This document shows, one piece after another, positions 11,801-23,119 of a DNA stretch of 64,000 nt. The notes under the pieces were generated by a model, which saw only the letters and a list, made by a program, of their open reading frames with translations, made no database searches and was not told where the DNA came from. Source of the DNA: Seison nebaliae (Eukaryota); assembly GCA_023231475.1 (NCBI GenBank), contig JALJEE010002373.1, positions 1-64,000 of the forward strand. Direction: 5' to 3'. Within the stretch, counting starts at the first letter, position 1; each line of letters starts with the position of its first letter. A program made the position numbers and the translations under genes.

Positions 11801-13376
11801 TTTTCGATTGATTGTCATCATATAATGATCTCAAATCGGAGACATGTTGTTGTGTATAAATTAATTCATATTCTAATTGAGCATAATTCCTTAATTTAAT
11901 TCTCATCGTTTCATTCGATTTCTCTAATTGTCTCATTTGTTTCTCCATCAACTCCTTCTCATTCGTCATCGTTTCTAATCGTTCATAGAGGAAATTATAA
12001 TCATCCACTAATCGCTTTGCTTCATTTATCTCCTTTTTCAACCGATCGATTTCTTCATGACGTTCCCGTAAAATGTCAGCCTCATCTTTCCATAATTGTT
12101 TCGTTTTAGCTTCAACTTTCGCGTTCTCCAACTCTTGTCTCAAAGAAGAAATTTCACCTTTCGATTTCTGTAATTCATTTGCAGTCTTTTCTGAATAATC
12201 GACCGTTTCATTCAATTCTTCTTTTAATAAATCCAATTTCCATTCCAATCCACGAATTGTTTCATCTTTATCTGATTCAATATCAACTACATCTTCCTCA
12301 TCATTCATGATAATCGATTCTCTTCTTTTAGTTATTCCAATCGAATTTATTCCTTTTCTTACCTTTCTATTATCGAACGTTGAACCTTCTAAGTACACTG
12401 ATGAATTGTCGGTTGAAGCAAGAAGAGCAGATGAAACGCTCATACTTCTTCGAAATTTCAATTCATTCTTCTTTACAACACACTTTTGTTTCTGCCGTTC
12501 TCGATGAGTTGTTCGATAAGTCGATTGAAGATCATCATCTGAACCGAAGAACTTTTTCGTATCACATTCATTGATTTGATAAATTTTATGAAGTAACTGA
12601 ATATATTTGAATAGAGTAGAAATAATGAAATCCTTCTCATAATTCTTCTTTAATTCTTTATAAAAATTCTTGTGAAGAATATTGAAATTATTTATGAACA
12701 ATTCTAATGATTCATTATTATTATTGATTTTAATATAATCAATTGAAATTGTATTGATCGATTCATTTGTAATCTTCATGATGCAATTAGCTACTGTTCG
12801 TTGTACGTGAAGTGGTAATTGTTGAATATCATTGATGAAACATTCTCTATTCTCACACTGAACAGCAATGCCCAACAGAAATAGTAACAATTGGTCAATT
12901 GATGAGGAAGTGTCATTTGTCTCTAAGATTAGACGAAAATCAATTTGAATGTTCACAATTTTTTGTTGAAGACATTTCTCGTAATAAAAGAAAAGATTCT
13001 CAATTAGATCGTTAAACAAGTTGAATTTCTTAAAATTCCCATTAATTTCATTCCAGTTCTCATTCAAATATTTCATTAAACTTCTTACTGTGTCTTTATT
13101 ACAACATTTACCATCATTCATCCAACCTGAAATTGGAACAAAAAACGAATCGTCCAATTCTTTCGCCGAATAATTCGATGATCGATGTGATCCATATCGT
13201 AATTTGGCTTCATTGTAACTCGTATCATTTAGAACGATAATTTTAAAAATTTCATTTAATAAACTTAGCGCGCTATCACAATTAAGTAGATTGTTTCCTT
13301 TTCTTTCAATAATTTCCGGGTCAAAGAACAATTTCATCCATTCTATTAAATTACAGTTGTCAACGTTCATCTCCAT
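8844..13376 (-). CDS. CCDC88: Daple/Girdin (CCDC88) family Hook-related coiled-coil protein, single exon
   Basis: Hook-domain motif LLLFLLGIAVQCENRECFINDIQQL, long coiled coil (WKDEADILRER), and C-terminal LWYEFGCV PDZ-binding motif as in Daple. Confidence 0.9.
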   Translation of the reverse strand: MEMNVDNCNLIEWMKLFFDPEIIERKGNNLLNCDSALSLLNEIFKIIVLNDTSYNEAKLRYGSHRSSNYSAKELDDSFFVPISGWMNDGKCCNKDTVRSLMKYLNENWNEINGNFKKFNLFNDLIENLFFYYEKCLQQKIVNIQIDFRLILETNDTSSSIDQLLLFLLGIAVQCENRECFINDIQQLPLHVQRTVANCIMKITNESINTISIDYIKINNNNESLELFINNFNILHKNFYKELKKNYEKDFIISTLFKYIQLLHKIYQINECDTKKFFGSDDDLQSTYRTTHRERQKQKCVVKKNELKFRRSMSVSSALLASTDNSSVYLEGSTFDNRKVRKGINSIGITKRRESIIMNDEEDVVDIESDKDETIRGLEWKLDLLKEELNETVDYSEKTANELQKSKGEISSLRQELENAKVEAKTKQLWKDEADILRERHEEIDRLKKEINEAKRLVDDYNFLYERLETMTNEKELMEKQMRQLEKSNETMRIKLRNYAQLEYELIYTQQHVSDLRSLYDDNQSKMLHLYEHSEKLKLSLEKKENKPSTMSSPEISIVDDSIPIKIQENSQSNSIVISSIDPINNNNSIQTSNETLTNNDTISNEDDDNFNCSQSHENQDNILEDDREVDEEEKQFLHKIKRTNLQLTSSVQTLSQQLKQDRNLKMNLLKVIKEKIELREQMDEMQEKNDELERTLLKCELEKEEMVKKWKRSSSNSQTKLSSTNSTIEEKEDYLQIISLMDEKYTKQLGAIDKERSVNKKLTDKLLNVQNERQLLENRLKETELCLSSQNEQLIDLQLLNGEYELIVNKLKNFVEEKDERNDRLKENIENINEFIRKIKDFILSLYSNEKELVMRIMDNHLIDEVEKLKEISLYQTKSINQTTQTTLNTLNNNLYNSNLNNFRRSYSLCSLKELHLSNDIDILTNSSCSFKQTYQLNDLLIKRLIDQNEKLLKNCSVMNLKDFEFVEKQLVLLQKHRTLLAETSDKDKSNEHHYYYHHHYLNNDENGRSKYSSLERMIDDNDSAKKRTSLTKFIKRKMEKFKSSSLNHRTTMFDLHNNKNQTTFKLNDKEDGNDMIKSKKNENCQLEKIRYLNSDISNSPRFLKYNEGFRSYKEKNWLRLDERQKRVKAKKCQDPTFLKRRQSLGAMNELLNEEIMKNPKESSGRENELRENETIKESSRSCIDIFQSSNRPDNNGNRSSTSISTISSGSTNISLVNNKNENKQINRNSGNIDKLSSSTSRSSVTSNNSSFNSQIVNPECNGTNRQPLIRSHNLLPINEKLELKNRKENEIPIKSDDDCSIGENESLVSETQNDMSNLDEIKTKLYGKQVIDMSKRIIHPSKSQMTPLNAPLAKFDSNTNKKINHSFTYFQQQQQQLHHHRNIPYRYQNSFTNGKLHLNNSSYETPNRHFVHHPNTLVNEKSLMNTSPLRQKRQQCRHSLHNSTSSDDRKVYRRQLNIQSSDFPKSEYQHKYQIKIDEGQDNSQSSHLSARKKTSSETAKSLWYEFGCV

Positions 13377-14107
13377 TTCCTCTATTAATGTTCATCCAAC
13401 AAATATTTTTCGTTCTGGATAATCGGTACCGATCGAAAAAATTGAGTTCCCTTATCGTTGTACTCAATTTTTTCATGATTTTTCCTTTCGGAATTTTAAT
13501 CTTACTGTATTTTAAAATGGAAGCTTTCAACAGAAATAAAAGCGTTTCCTTCGCGATTTCACTATCCGTCACTATCTAATCTAGCAGACACATTCACCAG
13601 AAAATGAAGCACAACAGTAAATTAGTTTTTGAGGTACTATGTAATCATCTTACTTGATCCGTATCTCTTAAAAAAGGTGGAAAATTTAGAAATATTAAAT
13701 GGTATTTCATTGTTAGTCTCTGGGTATTGTGGGAACTGGGATCATTTGAACGTTTCCTGTCACGAATATAAAAGATAATTGAGGAAGGTAAATGATACGT
13801 GGAACTAAACTCTTTAAAATCGAATGATATTCTGTTACCAGGAAAGAACAGTATCATGTTGAGTAATTGTAGAGAATAGTTGTAGAATTCGTTTCCATAA
13901 AATATTTCTCAATAAAAAATTCACATTAATTTTTTCAAAAGAAATTAAAGATGGTTTACTCTATATAAATTCATAACTATTTACAAGTACAATTATCTAC
14001 AATTTAGATTCTACTTTGTCATTGTTAAATGAAGAAAAATTGTACTGAATAATAAAAGTGAGACATTGAAACAAACCTGAAAGATAATTTATTTTTTATT
14101 TTATCAA

Positions 14108-14976
14108 ATGAAAAATATTCAATTATTTTTCTTATTTTTAATTTATCTACGTTCAAATTGTTTTCGATACGTAGGTGGTGATGTTAACACGACAGTGAGT
14201 GGATCCATTCGAAATTATCTTAGTGGCAGAATGGTATTTATAGTGAAACATGGGACGTTAGTTTGATGTCATAAGAAAGAATAACATTAAAATTCTGTTG
14301 AAGTACAAAATATGAGAATTTAGAAGTTGTTGGAATTGATCAACTGAAATTGAATGAACGAATGGTAATTCATGAAAATATCAATTTTTATAAGAAATAT
14401 CATATAGTTTTCACATTTCAATTGATACACATTAATTCGTTCCAGTTTATTCAAGAGTTTGATAGGGTAACTCAAAGAAAACATGTTGTATATGTACAAA
14501 CTTTTAAGAGAGATAACAAATCTTTCGATTTCATCCTTATAGATGTTCCTTATTTATTTTGAAAATTATTCCACTCTCATATTCCAACCACATATAGAGA
14601 TCTGGGAATATGAATTTAGCAAAGAATAAGAAGAAGGAAATGGACGTTGATTGTCGAATTAAATTAATTTTTCGTGCTAGTAAAAAAACTCGATTGAGAC
14701 GAATAGATTTGGTGGATATGTATTGGAAACAAGTTTATGCGTCGTTCGATCATGGTAATTTTGAAGTAAAGATAACTCAAAGGGACATAGGAAAGATATA
14801 TTCATTATTCTGTTGGATAATTATTGCAGTTCCCTTATTGCTTGTTATTCTCGGATCTATTATCAGTTAATTTTCGTTTTCATTTGAAAACTTCATTTTT
14901 TTCTCAGGAAATCCAAGACGTGCATTCAGATTATGTAAAAGTTTCTTTTTTTCTTTCTTTCAACCATCCATTATAG
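14108..14976 (+). CDS. Orphan signal-peptide, single-pass membrane protein (multi-exon; 3' end could extend to 15095)
   Basis: ATG 14108 MKNIQLFFLFLIYLRSNCF (signal-like). It joins ORFs 14350 and 14610 in frame via GTTAGT..AAG and GTTCCT..TAG introns. TM segment IYSLFCWIIIAVPLLLVILGSII, then a GTTAAT..CAG intron to a basic tail RNPRRAFRLCK. Confidence 0.7.
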
Positions 14977-15099
14977 TTCATTTGGAGATCTCTGTAAAAT
15001 GTGTTTATATAGTTGTAAACGCGGTTCAAAATAAAATTAATTCCTTAAAAATTTTCTATCTTAAAAATTCTTCGAGAAATTTAAATTTAAAATAATTTG

Positions 15100-15992
15100 G
15101 TTCTTTGGGCTAGTCATCAATGAAGTTCTTCGTGATCTGAACGAATCTTGTGACATTCACATAGGAAGCAATTCGTTTCCATTTTACGCAGACGACATCG
15201 TGATTTTAGATCGTTCTCTCTGCCAACTAAAACTAACATATCAACGATTATCCTTACTTCTCACGAACAGAGGTGTTTCCATCAATCCGTCCAAGTGTTG
15301 TCTGTTATCAACCTGCCCACGTTCTTTCTCGACTATTCCTCTCAAAGCCTCAACCATATTTCTTGGTTCAACCATCGATTTCCGAGGTCTTTCATCAAAT
15401 GTGTTAGATCATATTCGTCACAAATTATGCAAAGAATTCTTTTCTTTCTGTCTCAAAGCGAAATTCACTCCTCTTAAATTGCAGGTTTTCAGGAGTTTGG
15501 TTTTGCCTTTATACTCTCTGGAAACGATTTTCTCTATTACGCAACTTTCATCCTGTCCATCGACAGCGCATACAATCGACTTATAAGAAGATTGATATGT
15601 TGCTTTCACAGATGCAACCGTTCTCTCCTCTTCGCAACAGTCGGTCTTCTTCCCCTACCCATTGTCTATTCTCGTCGAATGTTAACTCTTATCGACAAAA
15701 TTATCGAATCGAACTTCCACACTTCTCGTATTTCGAACACAAACTTCTTACATAATCGATCAGTATTTTCACATACCAGTCGATACTACAGGTTATCTCA
15801 GAACATTGGACTTCAAGATATTAGAGATTTCATTTTTTCCTACGATCCCACAGATTCTATGCCAATCGATCGGGAATCACTCGCGGAATTACACCGATTG
15901 ATCAACACTGGCGAGGATCGAAATTTTTTTTTACATTTTTTTCTACTTTATCCAGACGGGAATTTTAATCAATAAATAATAATAGTAATAAC
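15100..15992 (+). mobile_element. 3' part of a degenerate non-LTR retrotransposon (RT C-terminal half plus possible tail)
   Basis: EVLRDLNESCDI...FPFYADDIVILDR...GVSINPSKC...IFLG. Related to the 2.2-2.9 kb fragment. Ends in an AATAAA/(TAA)n-like tract at about 15971-15991. Confidence 0.82.
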
Positions 15993-16130
15993 ATTTAATT
16001 GTCTTAAAGAAGAAAAGGAAAATTTAATATTATTTATAAAGTGAATGTAGATTTGGAATGGGTTTGGAAGTAGAAATATGAGATTCAATAAAAATCGATT
16101 AAAATGTCTTGATGATGTTAATTGGGAAAA

Positions 16131-16294
16131 ATGAAACTATTTGATGAATATAAAAAGAATGGAATGATTTTTGGGATGGAAAAAAATAAAATTTCAAATG
16201 AAATGATTAGTATAATGAAACTATTAATGAATATAGCAAAAATGGAATGATTATGGGAATGGGAAAAAATAATAAGTTTAAATGAAATGATTAG
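16131..16294. repeat. Diverged tandem duplication, about 84-bp period, at the Mcr 3' end
   Basis: ATGAAACTATT...AATGGAATGATT...GGAAAAAA...AAATGAAATGATTAGT occurs twice. The second copy includes the Mcr stop codon. Confidence 0.6.
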
Positions 16295-19200
16295 TGAACT
16301 GAAAGAGAAAAAGAAAAAAAATTAAAAGAATGAAATTCATTGATAAGAAGGAAGCAGTTGCATAATAAGGACAATAAGGACATTGGTATGACCCGCAAAC
16401 TTCACAAATGTCTAAATTAAATAAATATTCTAGTTGATAACCGGACCGATAACCGTTTCCCGGTTCAAATGTTTCATGAATAGTAAAATCATAGAATCGA
16501 GAACCATTAGCTATCGGAATATATCGAGTCATTCTCCATTGGACACAAATTGGATTATTGTCCATATACTCAAAATAGAATGCCACACCAATTCCGTTAG
16601 GTAGTCCAACTTCAGCATCACGAATTAATGGAATATTTTCAGACGTTCCGATGATGTCAAGATGAGATTCTTCCGCCATATAACCGCTAGGAGTCGATAC
16701 TTTGACAATTGTTTGACCTGAACGATTTCTTAATTCCGTCAATGTCCAACGTGCACAGAAAGAATAATTGAGAAATGAATAATTTCTTCCACTTGGTTCT
16801 ACTCTCAATTTCATATCAAATGCTTTTCTTGGAGGTTCTCGAATGAAATTTTCGGATATGTCTAAAAATTCCACATTCTTCGTTAAATGCATTTGAAACA
16901 AGGAAGCACCACTCCCATATGCTTCCATTCGAAGTGTACCATAAACTTTTTCCAAATCGAATTGTTGCATCGTTACAAAATTGGACATATTCAATTGAAC
17001 ATAATGAGCATTAGTTGTAGGTGAAGCGGATGGAGTAAACCACATTTCTGTATCGAATTGTCGTCTCGTATTAAAAGTGATTGAATAAGAGATTAATGCT
17101 TCTAAAGCAATGAGACTATCAGGAAATGATACAAATCCACCTACATGATCACGTTGTTGTTGGAGCCATTGCATTAATTGTGGAGCAGTATCCCAATGTT
17201 TCTCAGTATAAAGTAGAAGAGCATAAGAACTCGCTTCAACTGAAATTGCATCTTGATCCGACCATTTCTTTGGTGGTCTCATACTTAATGTACCGACCCA
17301 TTGACGTCCAGTATTATCCATTTCTTTTGGACTAAAATAAATTTCACCATTTCTTGCATTTCTTACAAATTTCCGATTAAGAATTTCAAATGCCGTATCA
17401 TATTCAGCTGAATCTGATACATGAAGTGCATAAGTTGTAATTGCCATGGCTAATGGATTATCTTTAACAATTAATCGATACCATCGTTCTAAATAATTCT
17501 TCCCATTATTCATAGCAGCTGTCAATCGAGCTGATGATACATGACCAGTTTGACGTGCCTTACTTATCGCTATTACACATAATGCTGTTAATGTGATATT
17601 GACATTCTTTCTTTCTTCACTTTCTTCCAATTCAACTTCATCTAATTCGAATTTCATATCGAGTGTGTGAGTTTGTTCCATCCAAGCACCTGATGTTCGA
17701 TTTTGTTGTTCTAATAACCAAGATATCGTTTCATTCAACATTCGTCCATCTACATAAAAACGATTTTCAAATTCGGGATCTGAAGCATCTTGGAGAATAC
17801 GAACGGCATGTGCTGTTAACCAGACACTGGTGGAATTTGAACGTCCGAATGAACAGAAAGCACCAGTATCGGAATCTCGATAAGATAAGAAACTGGTATA
17901 TTCAGTATTGAGAAAAGATAAAGCTTTTTCTCTCAATTCCAATGGTAATTGATCAACTTTTCTCATATAAATCAAATTGAGAAGAACAGCACCCATCGGA
18001 TATAATGCTCCAAATGTAGTAGAGAATGGCATGTCTAATGTATTATCAGGTAAATAAGGAAATTGATATAAATATGGACCAGCCACTTCTCCAACAACAT
18101 ATGATTTACATTCAGGTGATCCAGGAACATAAGAGAAAACGGATTGTAATGGACGAATAAAATAATCAGTATTATTTATATAGAAATTCTCTAAATTCTT
18201 CGCTGTCGTTCTCATATCGACTAGATATGCTGTATGATAATAATTCTCAATTCCTTCACTAATCAATTCCATCTCTCCATTACAACTATCAGATCGGACG
18301 GGACTAATTCCTTCAATTCGAATCGAAATCGATCCTCGTTCTGGTCGTGGCATCAATGCCAAATGTATTCGTCGAACTTCACCCGCTTGTAAAATAATGG
18401 CGATATGATGATCTTTTGATGGTAATTTATAGAATGTCTTATAACCATCAACAAATTGTGGTGCCATTCCATCATCTCCGATTTGAATGAATTTATAATT
18501 GTCATTTTGTGGAAGAATAATTAATGACCAAATGTCGATAATATCATAATTAAAGATGTCGATTGGTATTCCAACAATTTCTCCTACTCGAATTTGTGAA
18601 GGAAATTCACATTGAATAGAGAATGTTCTGGTCGATTCGAAATCGATCGGTTTTGATAACATAGATAATCCAGTCAATCGAGATAATGAAAATACATCGA
18701 CTAAAAATGAATTGGTTGTTTTTGGAACAGCTGTTCGAAATTGTACACGACCACTTGGTAGATTTAAACGTTCTTCCCATAACCATGCTGAATGGAATAT
18801 TCTTTTCATTAAATTCTCTCGTTGATCAATTGATTGAATATCAGCTGTTAATCGTCCGTCATCCAAATAATCGAATGGTTGACGATCTTTTATTGGTTCA
18901 TTGATGTCACAACCAATCTCATCACTTCCATCATCACAATCATCTTTACCATCACAATTGAGAATACGAGCAATACATTCTCCATTGGCACATTGAAATA
19001 ATCTCCACGGTCGAATATCAGGACGTAAACGATCTTCTTCATAAGTTTTAATTTCATATGGACAAATGTCATGTTTTCTAACATTCATATCAGTCAAAAT
19101 ATGAAGACCAACAAAACGGAAAACATCAGACGTCGAAGTTCCATAAGAGGATGATGGAAAGAAATATCTTTTGTCAATTAAACCATCTTCATCCATCCAA

Positions 19201-21101
19201 ATATGTTGATAACTCGTATTCGCTTGTCGACGTTCATATGAATATAATTCATCAATCAAATTATCATAAGTTAAAGAATCACCATATCGTCGTCGAAGGA
19301 ATCGATCTCGACCACTAAACGCAACAATAGCTTGTGGAGAAGAATATGTGAGAAGTTCGACTGAATCTCCACTGAAATCTTTCCGTCTATTTATCGTTAA
19401 ATTTAATGATTGAATCGTATCAATTTGATCAATATGAAAATTTATTGCATCAGCAATTACTTCACGATCTGCTCGAATATAATATATAATCAAATGACAT
19501 GATGGCGCCATATCACTAGTGAGAGCGATATCGAAAGAAAATGAATTTCTTCCTTCAATTTTAACAATCTCATTCAAAATCATTTGACCATTTGAAATTA
19601 TTTGATAATTCAATTCATTCACACCTGATTCCGTTAAATTCACATTAAATATCATAAAATCTCCAACATTTACATTTTCACTCTTCGATTTGACTTGAAT
19701 ATATTCCCCACATAAAGATGTATAAGCTGTGGCACGTTCTCGAACAATTTCACTTTGCATTAGAACTTCATTCTGTTCATTCAATCGAACGAATCGAGCT
19801 GTTGTTGTGATCATCCGAATATTTTTAGGAATCCAAATTCGATATTTATAAATTCCATCTATCGGTACAGCAACATTAATATAATTCAATAGTTGACCAT
19901 CATCATTTGTATCAATAATTCCCGTCGTTATACTTTGTGTTCTAATGCGAATAATACATCGATAAATCTCATCTAAACGTTTCCCATCGATTGTTGAAAC
20001 GGAAATATACGTCTCGTAAAACATTCCTGGTTTGAATGCTTTCAATCTTGATCCCAAAAATTTGACGATGATATTATATTCATAAATTTTCGTAATAGAA
20101 TATCCGACAAATGTTTCATCGAAATATGGATCAGTCACTTCAGCTCTAACTTCTATTGTGAGATCGTTGGAAATTTGACCACTTTTCATAGATATTTGTC
20201 TCATAGAAAAGAAGAATCCAACAACTGAATCAAATCGTTCATATTGTTTATGGATTATTCCTAATGAATTATCATTATTTCTTGAATAAATTATCGCCGA
20301 AATATTCATTCGTCCTTCTACTCCTCGTCCAGTATTTGTATAATTCGTTACAACAACTCCTCCGACACCACTAGATTTTGAAGTGAAATAATAAGGCATC
20401 GATACATTCACTTCATATTTGGGGGCGAGATGTTCAATAATTTTAAATTGTTTCGTTGTTGTATGACCAAGAACTGTCGCTTTAATTCTCAATGTTTTCT
20501 GTGGTATATTTGATGTTAATGGATATCGTAAACTGACAATACCGACATTCGTTTGAATATTCTCCCATTTCTTTATAATATAATCTTTCTCTTCCACAAT
20601 GTGAATATCCATCGTTCCATAATATGGCATCCGATTTCTCAATAATGGAATACAACGGAATTTCACCGTCTGACCTTGACTATATATCGGTTGTGATAAC
20701 TGAATTAGAATACTTATTGCTTTCTGTTCGAATTGAAGATGTCTCTCGTCTGTAAACACTACATCTCCATTCAATTTCATTCCTCGAATTCGTAGACGAT
20801 AAGTTCCATTCTCAGAATTCGCTGGCATTTCCATAATAATTTGATTGGTGATTTGTCGTTCAAATACTTCATTTCCAGCAATAACTTCATAATTATCTCG
20901 ATCGATCATTGCACGAACATCCACTTTCTCCCAATCCCGATTTAGAATCGATCCGCTAATCCGAATCTTCTGCATTGGACGAACTGTGTGTGGAGCTGTC
21001 AAAATATAATTGGCATCTTTCATATATTTGTTGACATCAAATTGTTGAGTGTTGGAACGTATTATGAAAAGAAATAGAATTAACAAGACTGCGTATTTCA
21101 T
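16278..21101 (-). CDS. Mcr: Macroglobulin complement-related protein (Mcr/TEP6-like, A2M/CD109 family), single exon
   Basis: Signal peptide, MG domains, internal LDLa module (CANGECIARILNCDGKDDCDDGSDEIGC), STSVWLTAH TED motif, no GCGEQ, C-terminal CEVCGSYQCPYCP and hydrophobic tail. Confidence 0.9.
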   Translation of the reverse strand: MKYAVLLILFLFIIRSNTQQFDVNKYMKDANYILTAPHTVRPMQKIRISGSILNRDWEKVDVRAMIDRDNYEVIAGNEVFERQITNQIIMEMPANSENGTYRLRIRGMKLNGDVVFTDERHLQFEQKAISILIQLSQPIYSQGQTVKFRCIPLLRNRMPYYGTMDIHIVEEKDYIIKKWENIQTNVGIVSLRYPLTSNIPQKTLRIKATVLGHTTTKQFKIIEHLAPKYEVNVSMPYYFTSKSSGVGGVVVTNYTNTGRGVEGRMNISAIIYSRNNDNSLGIIHKQYERFDSVVGFFFSMRQISMKSGQISNDLTIEVRAEVTDPYFDETFVGYSITKIYEYNIIVKFLGSRLKAFKPGMFYETYISVSTIDGKRLDEIYRCIIRIRTQSITTGIIDTNDDGQLLNYINVAVPIDGIYKYRIWIPKNIRMITTTARFVRLNEQNEVLMQSEIVRERATAYTSLCGEYIQVKSKSENVNVGDFMIFNVNLTESGVNELNYQIISNGQMILNEIVKIEGRNSFSFDIALTSDMAPSCHLIIYYIRADREVIADAINFHIDQIDTIQSLNLTINRRKDFSGDSVELLTYSSPQAIVAFSGRDRFLRRRYGDSLTYDNLIDELYSYERRQANTSYQHIWMDEDGLIDKRYFFPSSSYGTSTSDVFRFVGLHILTDMNVRKHDICPYEIKTYEEDRLRPDIRPWRLFQCANGECIARILNCDGKDDCDDGSDEIGCDINEPIKDRQPFDYLDDGRLTADIQSIDQRENLMKRIFHSAWLWEERLNLPSGRVQFRTAVPKTTNSFLVDVFSLSRLTGLSMLSKPIDFESTRTFSIQCEFPSQIRVGEIVGIPIDIFNYDIIDIWSLIILPQNDNYKFIQIGDDGMAPQFVDGYKTFYKLPSKDHHIAIILQAGEVRRIHLALMPRPERGSISIRIEGISPVRSDSCNGEMELISEGIENYYHTAYLVDMRTTAKNLENFYINNTDYFIRPLQSVFSYVPGSPECKSYVVGEVAGPYLYQFPYLPDNTLDMPFSTTFGALYPMGAVLLNLIYMRKVDQLPLELREKALSFLNTEYTSFLSYRDSDTGAFCSFGRSNSTSVWLTAHAVRILQDASDPEFENRFYVDGRMLNETISWLLEQQNRTSGAWMEQTHTLDMKFELDEVELEESEERKNVNITLTALCVIAISKARQTGHVSSARLTAAMNNGKNYLERWYRLIVKDNPLAMAITTYALHVSDSAEYDTAFEILNRKFVRNARNGEIYFSPKEMDNTGRQWVGTLSMRPPKKWSDQDAISVEASSYALLLYTEKHWDTAPQLMQWLQQQRDHVGGFVSFPDSLIALEALISYSITFNTRRQFDTEMWFTPSASPTTNAHYVQLNMSNFVTMQQFDLEKVYGTLRMEAYGSGASLFQMHLTKNVEFLDISENFIREPPRKAFDMKLRVEPSGRNYSFLNYSFCARWTLTELRNRSGQTIVKVSTPSGYMAEESHLDIIGTSENIPLIRDAEVGLPNGIGVAFYFEYMDNNPICVQWRMTRYIPIANGSRFYDFTIHETFEPGNGYRSGYQLEYLFNLDICEVCGSYQCPYCPYYATASFLSMNFILLIFFLFLFQFTNHFI

Positions 21102-21397
21102 TCTCTTTCAAAATGAAATAATTCAGTCAAAATTATTCCTTGTTTATTATATGAGAATGGTAATGTACTGATTCATTAATTTGAACAAATTAACAAAAAA
21201 TAAAATGAAAGCTAAAATACAAATATGCATATTATTCATAATGGTCTTTGATGGAAATCATAATAAAAATAAAGCTTAGAAAAAAAATTCAAATTTTTAG
21301 CTTTAGAAAAAAAATATTTTTTCTTATTTTATTTGAATTTTTCAAATTATCCCATTAATTCCATAGGAATTTAAAAAAATTGGATTGTGAATGAAGG

Positions 21398-23119
21398 ATG
21401 CCTAGTAAATGCAAAAGAGAAAAGAATCCCACGGATAAGTTGAGGAAAGTTTTGAGGAAAAAAGAATTGTTGAGAAATAAAAAGGAAAGAAATGCAGTTC
21501 GTGATCGTTCGTTATTAAGTCAGAATCCGAAGAATCTAATTACACAATTGGAGCAGATTGATAAGGTGATGTTCGATTCCAGTACTCAAATTAATTCTAA
21601 CAGTTATAATCAACGAATGAATGAAGATAAACGAAAACGTCTACTGGAATCGATTGATCGATTAATTCATTTAAAAGTTATTTTTCTTCTCATTCTTTTT
21701 CATTTATCTATTCTCTTTCGATTGTTTCAGAAAAAAGATAATGGTAAACAAAGTGAAGATTTAATTCGAATGAAAACTGAATATTTGGAATGGAGAGAAA
21801 AGTTCATTGAACATTGTAGTTCCAATTTATTTTAAATAATATATAATTTCATTTGAAACATTCAAATTTTAGAATCTGTGAAAGCTGTTCAATTGATTGA
21901 TGTGAATAATATTCCGTTACCTTCAACAGAAGAAATTTCTGATCAATCCACCACAATATCATCATCAGTGCCTTCTACCATTCCTCCATCAATAGAACAA
22001 AGAATAATTCCAGAAAGTTCTTTTTTAGTTTTTTCAATTTCATATCTAAATAAATTCATTTTATTTCTTCAGAGAATGAGATAATTGAAGTTGAAAGTTA
22101 TTTTCCAACATCGTCTCTTGTTCGACCGAAAACTGAACAACAAAGAAATTTTATGAAAGAACAACAATTATATTATCAGTCAATTATTCAAACAGAAGAA
22201 GATAAACCACTCTTCTCTTCATTTCCATTCAATACATTAGAAGAATTGATCGATCATTATCATTGGCCGACAACCGTTGAGAATGGTGTTGTTTTGAAGA
22301 ATAATCCGCCAGCACCACCACCAACTGATCATATATCATTCTTAAGCGAAGAAGAAATGTTAAGAGAATTATTGATAGAAAGTACTAAAACCGAAAATGA
22401 ATTAGGAAAGAAAGTTTCATTATTATCTTCAAATTACATTCAGTCAGACGAAGAAGATGGAGATGAAATAGAGACGAAACTAAACGATAAAAGTGGTGGA
22501 GATCGAAAAACTTTTACCGATGAACAAAAATTAATTGAAGATGCAAAACATAACGAAATGATTGTGGCGAATATCCAGACGAATAATCGAAATGTGAAAA
22601 TGGATTCAAATATCCTTCAAATGAAATACACAAACAATCCAACTGCTCCTACAAAAGATTATTCCAATCCAGTTCGTTCTCAAGAAGATCCTTTCTTATT
22701 CTATCCACAAAGACCACAATATTCTTCAACATCAAACTTACCAATATCAAGTTTCATTTTATTTCTCCACTAAAAAATATTTCAATTTGTTTAAAGATCA
22801 TAAAATCGAACCATCATCAAAAGTGATTGAAGCGAAACCGTTATTGAAACAAGTGAAAGGAGAAAATCAAAAATTTGTTCCATTACGAGTCACTTTGAGT
22901 AGTTAGTAGATGTTTATTTATTATGATCATTTAAATATTGGAATTCTTTCAGAACAACAACCAAAATTTAAAGCAACTCTTCAATCTGTTCCACCATCAA
23001 TATTGGCACCTCAGATGATTCAAAAGAATTTGTCTGAAAGAAAGAATGATGAAGAGAAAAAGAATACCGATGATATTTATAAAGATTTCCTAAAAACAAT
23101 CAATCCATTATTGAAATAA
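21398..23119 (+). CDS. WBP11: WW domain-binding protein 11-like splicing factor, 6 exons
   Basis: NPTDKLRKVLRKKELLRNKKERNAVR (Wbp11 domain), SVKAVQLIDVNNIPLP, KVIEAKP..KFVP, and C-terminal DDIYKDFLKTINPLL. Confidence 0.9.

Noticed and set aside
8993..12574. Short plus-strand ORFs inside CCDC88 (also antisense ORFs in Mcr, ALDH6A1, PKD1-like and 44443-44862)
   Set aside because: These are antisense shadows of real coding sequence with no independent motifs.
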